From NCBI GenBank assembly GCA_045531285.1, contig JAZSDT010000176.1, positions 1 through 53,485 of the forward strand: 53,485 nucleotides of DNA, read 5' to 3'. The notes below the pieces were generated by a model. It did no database searches and had not been told where the DNA came from. It saw only the letters and a list, made by a program, of their open reading frames with translations. Below, piece after piece: positions 1 through 8,722 of this stretch. The first letter of the stretch is position 1. Each line of letters opens with the position of its first letter. The position numbers were made by a program, and so were the translations under genes. This DNA is from Eubacteriales bacterium (lineage in GTDB: Bacteria; Bacillota; Clostridia; Oscillospirales; SIG627).

Positions 1-1644
1 CAGCTCTATATGCTCCAGACAAGAAACGGTAAGAGAACTGCTCAGGCTGCTCTTAAAATTGCTTGCGACCTCGTTGACGAAGGCCACAAGACAGAAGCTC
101 AGGCTGTTGCAATGATCGATCCCAGAAACCTTGACACACTCCTTCACCCTCAGTTCGATGCTAAGGCTCTCAAGGCTGCTACTCCTATCGGTAAGGGTCT
201 TGGTGCTTCTCCCGGTGCTGCTTGCGGTAAGGTTGTATTCACAGCTGAAGACGCAGAGGCTTGGAAGGCAAGAGGAGAAAAGGTTGTTCTTGTAAGACTT
301 GAGACTTCTCCTGAAGATATCACAGGTATGAAGGCTTCTCAGGGTATCCTTACTGTTCGTGGCGGTATGACATCTCACGCAGCGGTTGTTGCTCGTGGTA
401 TGGGTACTTGCTGTGTATCAGGTTGCGGCGACATCAAGATGGACGAAGAGAACAAGAAGTTCGAGCTTGCAGGTAAGACATTTACCGAAGGCGATTACAT
501 TTCAATAGACGGTTCTACAGGTAACATCTATGACGGTATCATCCCCACTGTTGATGCTACTATCGCAGGTGAGTTCGGTAGAATCATGGCTTGGGCTGAC
601 AAGTACAGAAAGCTCAAGGTTAGAACAAACGCAGATACACCCAGAGATGCTAAGAAGGCTCGTGAGCTTGGTGCTGAGGGTATCGGTCTTTGCCGTACAG
701 AGCATATGTTCTTCGAGGCAGAGAGAATTGCTGCATTCCGTGAAATGATCTGTTCAGATACAGTTGAAGAAAGAGAAGCAGCTCTTGAAAAGATTCTTCC
801 TTATCAGCAGAAGGACTTCGAGGAGCTCTATGTTGCTCTCGAGGGTAACCCTGTTACTATCAGATTCCTTGATCCTCCTCTTCATGAGTTCGTTCCCACA
901 GAAGAAAAGGACATCGAAGCTCTTGCTAAGTCTCAGGGCAAGACAGTTGCAGACATCAAGAACATCATCGCTTCTCTTCATGAGTTCAACCCCATGATGG
1001 GTCACAGAGGATGCCGTCTTACTGTAACATATCCTGAAATTGCTAAGATGCAGACTAAGGCTGTTATCCGTGCGGCTATCAACGTACAGAAGGCTCACGC
1101 TGACTGGACAGTTAAGCCCGAAATCATGATTCCTCTTACAGGTGAAGTTAAGGAATTCAAGTTCGTTAAGGACATCGTTGTTGCAGTAGCTGATGCTGAA
1201 ATCGCAGCTGCAGGTGTTAAGATCGAATACGAAGTAGGTACAATGATCGAAATACCCAGAGCTTGCCTCACAGCAGACGAGATCGCTAAGGAAGCTGACT
1301 TCTTCTGCTTCGGTACAAACGACCTTACTCAGATGACATTCGGCTTCAGCCGTGATGACGCAGGTAAGTTCCTCAACGCATACTACGATACAAAGATCTA
1401 CGAGAACGATCCCTTCGCTAAGCTCGACCAGAACGGTGTTGGTAAGCTCATGGATATGACAATCACTCTCGGTAAGCCCGTTAACCCCGCACTTCACTGC
1501 GGTATCTGCGGCGAGCACGGTGGTGACCCCTCATCCGTTGAGTTCTGCCACAAGATTGGTCTTGACTACGTATCATGCTCACCCTTCAGAGTTCCGATTG
1601 CTCGCCTTGCAGCAGCACAGGCAGCTATCGCTGAAATGAAGTAA
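1..1644 (+). CDS. ppdK: Pyruvate, phosphate dikinase (5' part lies outside the window)
   Basis: The frame is open from base 1 (QLYMLQTRNGKRT). It carries the GGMTSHAAVVARG phospho-His motif, GIGLCRTEHMF, EFNPMMGHRGCR, FGTNDLTQ and CGEHGGDP. Confidence 0.97.
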   Translation, partial: QLYMLQTRNGKRTAQAALKIACDLVDEGHKTEAQAVAMIDPRNLDTLLHPQFDAKALKAATPIGKGLGASPGAACGKVVFTAEDAEAWKARGEKVVLVRLETSPEDITGMKASQGILTVRGGMTSHAAVVARGMGTCCVSGCGDIKMDEENKKFELAGKTFTEGDYISIDGSTGNIYDGIIPTVDATIAGEFGRIMAWADKYRKLKVRTNADTPRDAKKARELGAEGIGLCRTEHMFFEAERIAAFREMICSDTVEEREAALEKILPYQQKDFEELYVALEGNPVTIRFLDPPLHEFVPTEEKDIEALAKSQGKTVADIKNIIASLHEFNPMMGHRGCRLTVTYPEIAKMQTKAVIRAAINVQKAHADWTVKPEIMIPLTGEVKEFKFVKDIVVAVADAEIAAAGVKIEYEVGTMIEIPRACLTADEIAKEADFFCFGTNDLTQMTFGFSRDDAGKFLNAYYDTKIYENDPFAKLDQNGVGKLMDMTITLGKPVNPALHCGICGEHGGDPSSVEFCHKIGLDYVSCSPFRVPIARLAAAQAAIAEMK

Positions 1645-1657
1645 TTAGGTTTATAGA

Positions 1658-1698
1658 GCAAAATTATCCGCCCCAAGAAATTCGGGCGGATTTTTTGC
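1658..1698 (+). terminator. Intrinsic terminator after ppdK
   Basis: ATCCGCCC...GGGCGGAT stem followed by a T-run. Confidence 0.85.
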
Positions 1699-1779
1699 CC
1701 TTCTGTTGAAATTTGTGATGTCACTTGTTAAAATAATTGAGGTTTAGGTGAACTTTAGAAAATTATAAGCTGAATTTTA

Positions 1780-1808
1780 TTGACAAATACGTTATTAAAG
1801 AGTAAAAT
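1780..1808 (+). promoter_or_regulatory. Sigma-A promoter of the formyltransferase/deacetylase pair
   Basis: TTGACA-17 nt-TAAAAT, then AGGAG and ATG at 1840. Confidence 0.8.
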
Positions 1809-1839
1809 TATATTGTTAAATTCAATACAGGAGAAAAAT

Positions 1840-2802
1840 ATGGCTAATAAAGTAGTTCGTGTAGCTTGGGTTGGCTGTCACGAGGAAGGTATACTCGCAT
1901 TCGAAAGTGCACTTGCTGCAAAAAAGAACGTAGTTGGATTCATAACTCTGCAAGAAAGTAGCTTCGAAAAAAGAAGCGCCGGAAGCCGAAAGTATAGGGA
2001 ATATTGTCAACAATATAACGTTCCTTACTTTGAGGTCGAAACAATAAAAAACGACGAGTCATACGACATTATCCTATCGTTAAAGCCGGATTTACTGGTT
2101 GTGCTTGGTTGGAGTGAGATATTACCCGACAGATTGTTACAGATCCCCACAATTGGAACTATCGGCACTCATGCGGCATTGCTTCCGCACAATCGTGGAA
2201 GTGCACCTATCAACTGGGCGCTGATACACGGAGAAACCGTTACAGGTAACACAATGATGTGGTTGAGCAAGGACGTAGATGCAGGAGATATTATCGACCA
2301 GATGGAAATCCCTATCACGTTACACGACACTTGCAAGACGCTCTACGATCAGGTTGCAGTCACAAACAGCGTAATGCTTATGAAATTAATTGACAACCTT
2401 GAAAAAGATATCCGACCCAGTATCGATATTGAAAATGAAACCGACGAAGAGCTGCTGCCTCGCAGGCGTCCCAAAGACGGCTTGATTAATTGGAATCAAA
2501 GCGGAAAAGCAATATATGACTTCATCCGTGCTTTGACAAAGCCATACCCCGGAGCATTTACCTATCTTAACGGTCAAAAGCTACTCATTTGGAAGGCTAT
2601 CTGGCTTCCCGTCAAGATTGATACAAATCCAGGAGAAATATACAGCAACGCTTACGGCTTCTCGGAAATTGACAGCGGATTAATAGTTGGCACTACCGAC
2701 GGTGCCGTAATCATAACTGAAATCTCCGATGAAAACGGAAACGAATATCGTGGAAGTAATTTAATAAATTTAAATCTACAAGGTGTATTTGAAAATGAGT
2801 AA
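1840..2802 (+). CDS. Fmt/ArnA-like N-formyltransferase, probably acting on an amino sugar
   Basis: HAALLPHNRGSAPINWAL, DAGDII and RALTKPYPGAF motifs. Start moved to ATG 1840, which follows an RBS. Confidence 0.85.
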   Translation: MANKVVRVAWVGCHEEGILAFESALAAKKNVVGFITLQESSFEKRSAGSRKYREYCQQYNVPYFEVETIKNDESYDIILSLKPDLLVVLGWSEILPDRLLQIPTIGTIGTHAALLPHNRGSAPINWALIHGETVTGNTMMWLSKDVDAGDIIDQMEIPITLHDTCKTLYDQVAVTNSVMLMKLIDNLEKDIRPSIDIENETDEELLPRRRPKDGLINWNQSGKAIYDFIRALTKPYPGAFTYLNGQKLLIWKAIWLPVKIDTNPGEIYSNAYGFSEIDSGLIVGTTDGAVIITEISDENGNEYRGSNLINLNLQGVFENE

Positions 2803-3448
2803 AGTATTAATTGTGGCAGCACATCCCGATGATGAACTGCTTGGAATTGGCGGAATCGTTTGCCGCCATACAAAAAACGGCGACACTGTAAGAAGTGTAA
2901 TTATGTGTGAGGGCGAAAGTCTCAGATATGCTCAGGACGTAGGTCAAAAAACAGCAATGGCAGAAGCGGCCAACATTATGGGAGTTGAAAAAGTCTATCA
3001 TCTCAGTTTTCCCGATCAGAAGCTTGATACGTTCACACTGTGCGATATTATCACCCCCTTGGAAAAAATATCCGAAGAATTTAAGCCCGACATTATTTAC
3101 TGTCAGTCAATGAGCGACGCAAACAGAGATCACAAAATTCTTTTTGAGGCTGCAAACGTGGCTTTTAGACCCAACAGCGAATGGATAAAAGAGTTTTATT
3201 GCTTCTACACTGTCAGCAGTACAGAGTGGGGATATCCAAGAAACTTCATCCCTGATACGTGGATAGACATAAGCGACGAACTGGAACAGAAAATATCCGC
3301 GTTTGAAGCCTATACTAGCGAGGTGCGCGAGTATCCTCATCCAAGGTCGTCAGATGCTCTCAGATACCAGGCTCATTTCTGGGGTAATCAATGCTGTATG
3401 GACGCTGCCGAGGTCCTTATGACAATTCGACGCATTACCCGTAAATAG
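2795..3448 (+). CDS. PIG-L/LmbE family deacetylase (or deformylase)
   Basis: AAHPDDELLG, D-x-N-x-DH and K-x-x-A-x-x-x-Y-x-SE motifs. ATG 2795 overlaps the end of the upstream gene. Confidence 0.88.
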   Translation: MSKVLIVAAHPDDELLGIGGIVCRHTKNGDTVRSVIMCEGESLRYAQDVGQKTAMAEAANIMGVEKVYHLSFPDQKLDTFTLCDIITPLEKISEEFKPDIIYCQSMSDANRDHKILFEAANVAFRPNSEWIKEFYCFYTVSSTEWGYPRNFIPDTWIDISDELEQKISAFEAYTSEVREYPHPRSSDALRYQAHFWGNQCCMDAAEVLMTIRRITRK

Positions 3449-3452
3449 CGTA

Positions 3453-3499
3453 ATATAAACAAAATGAGACAACGTAACGTTGTCTCATTTTGTTTATAT
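3453..3499. terminator. Bidirectional terminator (perfect 22-bp inverted repeat)
   Basis: ATATAAACAAAATGAGACAACG-TAA-CGTTGTCTCATTTTGTTTATAT between convergent genes. Confidence 0.85.
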
Positions 3500-3587
3500 A
3501 CTATGAAATTGCATTTTATGAAATCTCGCCGTTTTGCAATAATTTGGTTGTATAGATAGGCGAGTATTGCTAACGGATGATATCCGC
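3495..3587 (-). repeat. Structured intergenic repeat, copy A
   Basis: Minus strand reads GCGGATATCATCCGT-TAGCAATA-CTCGCC-TATC-[19 nt]-AAAAC-GGCGAG...AATGCAATTTCATAGTATA. It starts at the first base after the TAG of ORF 3588..4583. Confidence 0.85.
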
Positions 3588-4583
3588 CTAGTTGTAGAAT
3601 TTTTGTTTTGCCTCTTTTATTAGGTCAAAGCTTTCCTTAAAATAATGCTCGTTCTTTTTTAAGGTGCTGAACCAAGGCGCTGTAACGTATCCGTATATCT
3701 GTTCGTCGGGTGCGTTGTCTCTGAAATATTCTATTACGTCAGAGGTATTATGTGGGCATCGGTTGAACACGGATACACTTGGTGCGTAAAGATACCCTTC
3801 CTTCATCAAGGGTATGGCAACCTCCATAAATTTTACGAGGAATGGATCTTCTTCCACAAATTTAATACCCATTGATGCGTATTCACCCTCGTTGTAATAG
3901 GTTTCGTATTCGGGACGTGCAGTTATCGGAGTCCAGTGCTCACGGCGTATGGCATTGTAGTGATATGGGGAAATGAGCATTTCATCGGGTGCAAAGTGCC
4001 TTTTAAAGTCCTCCGGAAAATCAAAAAGAGGACTCGACCATATCCAAGGCATTGCACCTGTTGACTTTACACAGTCAACCAAAAATCTTAAATCGTGCCA
4101 GTACAAATCCCCCTGTCGGCACACAACGTAATCGCGTTTTTTAATAAATTTCAAGGATTCCTCGTCCATGCCGATATGGATATACTCAGGCTGTTCAAAC
4201 ATCTCATAAGCTTCGTTTATCAGGTCACGGCACACTCTGTAGTATATAGGAGTCGAAGTCATTCGGTAATATTCACCAAGCCACATAGAATGGGCTGTAG
4301 AGAAATTAAGCTTCGGTATAAGTGTTATTCCAAGCTCCTTACAGCGATTGATCTCCTTTTTTACTCTTGCCTTCGACCACGCATCAGGAACGGCAATCTC
4401 GGGATGAGAAGCGAATTCAATAGCATTATTTATGTCAAGAATTATGGTATTTAACCCTGAATCGACGGCACCGTCGAGTATCATATCCCATACTTCTTCA
4501 TCCCAATGCAAACAGTTTCCTTTGTCGTAATTGCTCGCAAAGCACATATTCAAATGCACAAGCATTGACCACATCTTTTTCAT
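3588..4583 (-). CDS. GH20-like TIM-barrel glycoside hydrolase (catalytic domain only)
   Basis: YIHIGMDEE resembles the GH20 H-x-G-x-DE catalytic motif; LIPKLNFSTAH also fits. No signal peptide seen. Confidence 0.65.
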   Translation of the reverse strand: MKKMWSMLVHLNMCFASNYDKGNCLHWDEEVWDMILDGAVDSGLNTIILDINNAIEFASHPEIAVPDAWSKARVKKEINRCKELGITLIPKLNFSTAHSMWLGEYYRMTSTPIYYRVCRDLINEAYEMFEQPEYIHIGMDEESLKFIKKRDYVVCRQGDLYWHDLRFLVDCVKSTGAMPWIWSSPLFDFPEDFKRHFAPDEMLISPYHYNAIRREHWTPITARPEYETYYNEGEYASMGIKFVEEDPFLVKFMEVAIPLMKEGYLYAPSVSVFNRCPHNTSDVIEYFRDNAPDEQIYGYVTAPWFSTLKKNEHYFKESFDLIKEAKQKFYN

Positions 4584-4593
4584 GACAGTCTCC

Positions 4594-5517
4594 TTATTTC
4601 ATCTCGTCTACTGTAATAAATCTGTACCCGTACTCCTTGAGTATTTTGCCAAGACAATAATACTTTTCGGCATAGTCAGGTTGATAGTTGTAATAATCAG
4701 GGTAAAAATACTGCTCGTGGGTAGCCGTACCAATAAATTCGTTGCCGTTGAGCTTAGCAAGCGTTTCGGCAATGGTTTCAACAGTATTAAGGTTGAGACA
4801 GGGCCCTCCTCCGAACATCTTGAAGGCAACTCCACTTTCGTCGGGGATGGACACGTTTTTACCGATAATAGACTCTCGCTGTGATTCCGTGATATGATTA
4901 TAAGCACAAATGGAGGACGTAATTCTAAGGTCGCGTGTCCTTCTTGTAAACAGCTTAGTCTCGGGCTGACGATTGTTCAGCAGTCTTGCCGCGTGTCCGT
5001 AAGGGAGAACACTTTCGTCGCCTGTATACTCGGAAGTTTCACCTGCACTTGGCGTCACAAATTTAACACCGCAATCAGCAAGTGCCTGACAGCCCGCCTT
5101 ACTGATAGGAAGCCAGTGAGGACAGATAGCAGCAGAAACAGAGCCTTCGCCTGCAAAACGCTTTATTTCATTGACTACAGCTTCATAATTTGCCTTAACG
5201 TCCTCGTAAGTGGCATTAACGTACGGATAATCGGGAAATTCTTGCTTTGCGTGGAAGGCAAGTCTCAGCCAGTCCTTGTTAGCCTGAAATTCCAACTTAT
5301 AGGCATCCGTCATATCCGCAAGGGTAAACTCATCGTTGCCGTAGAAAAAATCCGTTCGGTAAAACAAATTGAGCTGTACTGTCATACCGTAGTCGTCATG
5401 TCCTTTTTTTAGCATCTTCATAAATGAGTTGTCAAAAAGAGACTTTGGACGCTGGCGGGTCAGGTCTCGCATCACCCAAACAGTATCGTCTATAAAAAAG
5501 AATGCCTGTTTTTCCAT
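4594..5517 (-). CDS. Uncharacterised protein, possibly polysaccharide-deacetylase (NodB-like) fold
   Basis: N-terminal FFIDD, LAFHA and ATHEQ metal-ligand-like motifs. Has an RBS and sits in an operon. Confidence 0.5.
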   Translation of the reverse strand: MEKQAFFFIDDTVWVMRDLTRQRPKSLFDNSFMKMLKKGHDDYGMTVQLNLFYRTDFFYGNDEFTLADMTDAYKLEFQANKDWLRLAFHAKQEFPDYPYVNATYEDVKANYEAVVNEIKRFAGEGSVSAAICPHWLPISKAGCQALADCGVKFVTPSAGETSEYTGDESVLPYGHAARLLNNRQPETKLFTRRTRDLRITSSICAYNHITESQRESIIGKNVSIPDESGVAFKMFGGGPCLNLNTVETIAETLAKLNGNEFIGTATHEQYFYPDYYNYQPDYAEKYYCLGKILKEYGYRFITVDEMK

Positions 5518-5523
5518 AATGTT

Positions 5524-6321
5524 TTATCCTTTCCTCAAAGCTTCAAGGCGGTCAACGTACTCAACAATACCGTCAACCATTTCTTTGCATATTTTTTCAC
5601 CGATTTCACGGGTAGCTTGCTCGGGGAATCCCATAACACCAACCTTTATCTCCTCCTTCTGACTAACCTTTTCAATCATAAACGGAGAATCAAGGCGTTT
5701 TTCTCTCTTTTCAAACCAGTCCTGGTCGCTTCTCATCATTCTTGCGGTATACTCATCGTCCATCACAATTTCATCACGCACAAGGTCGGGCGCCCAATAC
5801 ATCATCATACTTGTCTCCATCAGACCGGCGTGAAAATCGTGTTCGGGCTCCATTTTAAAGCCATCAAGCCAAGTAGGTGAAAGATTCCAAGCCTCTACAA
5901 GCGAAAGAGTAACCTTTTCGTGCATCTTAGGGTCACGGCGAAGAAGCATCTGTAGGCTGTTTTTCAGCGACGAAAGGTTGTCTGTTCCCGCATGACCTAA
6001 GAAAACTATAATATTTTCAAAACCCATACGAACAAACTCGGCGCATATTTCGGAAATATAAAGTCCAAACGTGTTGGGGCTGACGTTAACCGTACCCAGC
6101 AGCTCGCCACCCGAAAAACAGTAGTTTACCACCGGGGCAACAACTGCGTTAAGTCTGTCTCCTGCAATCTTAAGAGGCTCAATGGCATTGTGTATATCTG
6201 TGGAAAGAGGCAGATGGTATCCGTGCTGCTCCACCACACCCGTGGGGATTATAACGGTTTTTGTTTTCGTTAATGCCAGCTCCATATCACGAACTGTCAT
6301 TTGTTCCATATAGTATGCCAT
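5524..6321 (-). CDS. Creatininase family amidohydrolase
   Basis: EQHGYHLPLSTD, GHAG-x-x-N and HAG-x-x-ETS motifs. Start moved to ATG 6321 after AAGGAG. Confidence 0.9.
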   Translation of the reverse strand: MAYYMEQMTVRDMELALTKTKTVIIPTGVVEQHGYHLPLSTDIHNAIEPLKIAGDRLNAVVAPVVNYCFSGGELLGTVNVSPNTFGLYISEICAEFVRMGFENIIVFLGHAGTDNLSSLKNSLQMLLRRDPKMHEKVTLSLVEAWNLSPTWLDGFKMEPEHDFHAGLMETSMMMYWAPDLVRDEIVMDDEYTARMMRSDQDWFEKREKRLDSPFMIEKVSQKEEIKVGVMGFPEQATREIGEKICKEMVDGIVEYVDRLEALRKG

Positions 6322-6331
6322 ATCTATCTCC

Positions 6332-7639
6332 TTATTTACCTGCTTGCATTTCCGCAACTGCTTCGAGTACGGAATCTGCCATATACTTAAGCTGTTCTTC
6401 TGTAAGACCATAGAGAGGAAGGTGTGTAAATCTCTTGTAGAACACTTCCTCGCAGTTGGGACAGGTCTTTGCTATTTCGTCTGAATCATAGCCCATATCC
6501 TGTACTATCTTAAATCTGTAAAGAGGACCGAAGTGTGCAATTTGTGTAACGCTTCTCTCTGCCAGCTTCTTCTTGAGAACCTGAATATCCCCACCTGCCT
6601 TAGCGGGATCTATCTGAAGAAGATAAAGGTGGAAGGTAGGCTTGATATCGTCATTACCAAGGTCCTGAGGGATAATGGCATCGTTTTCAGCAAATCTTTC
6701 GGTAAGATACTTAGCTGCAGCGGCACGCTCGGCTATTATCTTGTCAATTCTTTCAAGCTGAAGCGAAAGTCCCAAGCCCTGAAGCTCGGTAGTAGATGAG
6801 TTACCCGCCACGAAGGGAGCATATTTGCCCTGAATAGGTGTAATGTTATAAAGCCAATCCTTAATGGGACAGGAGAAGTCCATACCGAGAAATCTTGCGC
6901 GCTTAAGCTCGGAGCCAAATCCGGGAATGCTTGTTGTAAGTATACCGCCCTCTCCCAAAGAGGTGATGTTCTTTACCTCGTGGAAGCTGTAGCCGCCGAA
7001 GTCACCTATTGTTCCTATCATTTTGCCCTTGTACATAGCACCAAAGGCGTGAGCGGCGTCCTCGAGAACGATAATGTCGTTCTTCTTTGCCAGCCCCATA
7101 ATGGGATCCATATCAACGGGATAACCGCCAATGTGTACGGGAACTATCATTTTTGTTTTGGGTGTTATCTTTCTTGCAACGTCTGCAGGGTCCATATTTA
7201 TTGTCTTGGGGTCAACGTCGGCAAACACAAGCTTTGCGCCAACGGCAAGAGGATATGCCATTGTTGCCACAAAAGTTATGGCAGGAACTATTACTTCGTC
7301 GTCGGGCTGAAGGTTTGCATACTTGTAGGCTATTTCAAAGCCTGCCGTTGCATTTGCCACAAAGGTAGAGCTGTCAATGCCAAGGAATTTATCACAGGCT
7401 TTTTCCGCCGCCTCAACGTTTTTGTCAAGAGAAAGCTTTCCGGGAGGTGTTGATATTGCATCAAGCTTTTCAATCTGCGCTCTTACGGCAGCAATGGCGT
7501 CGTCGTATTCCTTGCCCTCGCCCTGCATAAGAAATTTAATAATCTCCATAAGGTCGTTAACGTTGTAGTTTTCACCTACAGCAGCCCACGGCACTTTAGC
7601 CACTCCTGTGTTATATCTGAAATTAGTAGGTTTTCCCAT
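6332..7639 (-). CDS. DegT/DnrJ/EryC1/StrS family PLP-dependent sugar aminotransferase
   Basis: VIVPAITFVAT, LEDAAHAFG and SFHEVKNITSLGEGG (PLP lysine). Confidence 0.92.
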   Translation of the reverse strand: MGKPTNFRYNTGVAKVPWAAVGENYNVNDLMEIIKFLMQGEGKEYDDAIAAVRAQIEKLDAISTPPGKLSLDKNVEAAEKACDKFLGIDSSTFVANATAGFEIAYKYANLQPDDEVIVPAITFVATMAYPLAVGAKLVFADVDPKTINMDPADVARKITPKTKMIVPVHIGGYPVDMDPIMGLAKKNDIIVLEDAAHAFGAMYKGKMIGTIGDFGGYSFHEVKNITSLGEGGILTTSIPGFGSELKRARFLGMDFSCPIKDWLYNITPIQGKYAPFVAGNSSTTELQGLGLSLQLERIDKIIAERAAAAKYLTERFAENDAIIPQDLGNDDIKPTFHLYLLQIDPAKAGGDIQVLKKKLAERSVTQIAHFGPLYRFKIVQDMGYDSDEIAKTCPNCEEVFYKRFTHLPLYGLTEEQLKYMADSVLEAVAEMQAGK

Positions 7640-7758
7640 AATTGCATACTCCTTTTAATAATAATTATTTTCTGATTTTATTTTATCAAACCTTTCAATA
7701 AAATGAAAGACACATACTTCCGCGTTTTTGCAACTATCTTCCGTATTTGCGGAATTTA

Positions 7759-7787
7759 TTGACATAATAGTTTTTGTATGATAGAAT
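7759..7787 (+). promoter_or_regulatory. Sigma-A promoter (extended -10) of the AraC regulator
   Basis: TTGACA-17 nt-TAGAAT with TG in the extended -10 position. Confidence 0.7.
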
Positions 7788-7802
7788 ACGGTGGGTGATA
7801 AA

Positions 7803-8624
7803 ATGATAAACTATGACACGGACAAGCTAGACCGTCTGCTGAAGGACTTTTACAATGCAACGGGAATCAATATGGATTTTTACACCGAAGAATTTATGTC
7901 GGTCAGCGGAAATACAAATCGAGAAAACATAGAATATTGCAAATGCATACACAAAACTGAAAAGGGCAACAGTAGGTGCATAGCCTCAGACGGTGAACTA
8001 TTGAGAAAATGCAAAGAAACGAAGACGTATCAACTGCACGTATGTCATGCCGGATTGACAGACGTAGCCGTTCCTATAATGCATCAGGACAATATTATGG
8101 GCTACGTTATTTTCGGACAGATACGGACGTCAAGCGATTTTTCGACGGTTGAAAAATACGTTGAAGAATTGGGGCTTGATAAAAAGGCTATGGGGGAGCG
8201 ATTTGCTGACATTCCTATTTTCGACAGCGGTAAAATAGAGAGCATTTTAAACATTGCTACCGTACTTGCAAAGCACATTATGCTGGAAAATATGCTAAAG
8301 CCCGACTATGACAAGATTTTAGACAGCGCAGTAAATTACATTATGAAAAATCTTGAGCGTCCTATTTCCATAAAAGATATCGCCAAAAATGCAAATTGCT
8401 CAAAAACCGTACTGTATGAACGTTTTCGCCGTGCTCTTAACTGTACCGTTGTTGAATACATAAACGCTCAGCGTATAACGCGCTCGGCAGAGCTATTGAA
8501 AAGTACCAACCTATCCGTAGAAGACATATCTCAAAAGGTAGGATTTTCGGGAGCATCTTACTTTTGTAAAACCTTTAAAAAGCAATTTGGAACGTCACCG
8601 TTCAAATACAGACAGGAATCATAA
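7803..8624 (+). CDS. AraC family regulator with PocR-type sensor domain
   Basis: N-terminal C...C...CHAGLTDVAVPI PocR pattern and C-terminal VGFSGASYFCKTFKK-x-x-G-x-SP-x-x-YR. Confidence 0.9.
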   Translation: MINYDTDKLDRLLKDFYNATGINMDFYTEEFMSVSGNTNRENIEYCKCIHKTEKGNSRCIASDGELLRKCKETKTYQLHVCHAGLTDVAVPIMHQDNIMGYVIFGQIRTSSDFSTVEKYVEELGLDKKAMGERFADIPIFDSGKIESILNIATVLAKHIMLENMLKPDYDKILDSAVNYIMKNLERPISIKDIAKNANCSKTVLYERFRRALNCTVVEYINAQRITRSAELLKSTNLSVEDISQKVGFSGASYFCKTFKKQFGTSPFKYRQES

Positions 8625-8646
8625 AGCAGCAAAGTTGAAAGTATAC

Positions 8647-8696
8647 AAAAAATTAAGCTAAGATACCTTTTTCTTCAAAGATATCTTAGCTTTTTT
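8647..8696. terminator. Bidirectional terminator
   Basis: AAGCTAAGATA...TATCTTAGCTT stem flanked by A- and T-runs. Confidence 0.8.
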
Positions 8697-8722
8697 CTGT
8701 TATGCCTAAATAAAGCAGTGCA

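Noticed and set aside
754-1518. Long antisense ORFs such as 754..1518, 11136..11921, 48241..48873 and 51898..52926
   Set aside because: They are shadows of well-supported genes with biased codon usage on the opposite strand.
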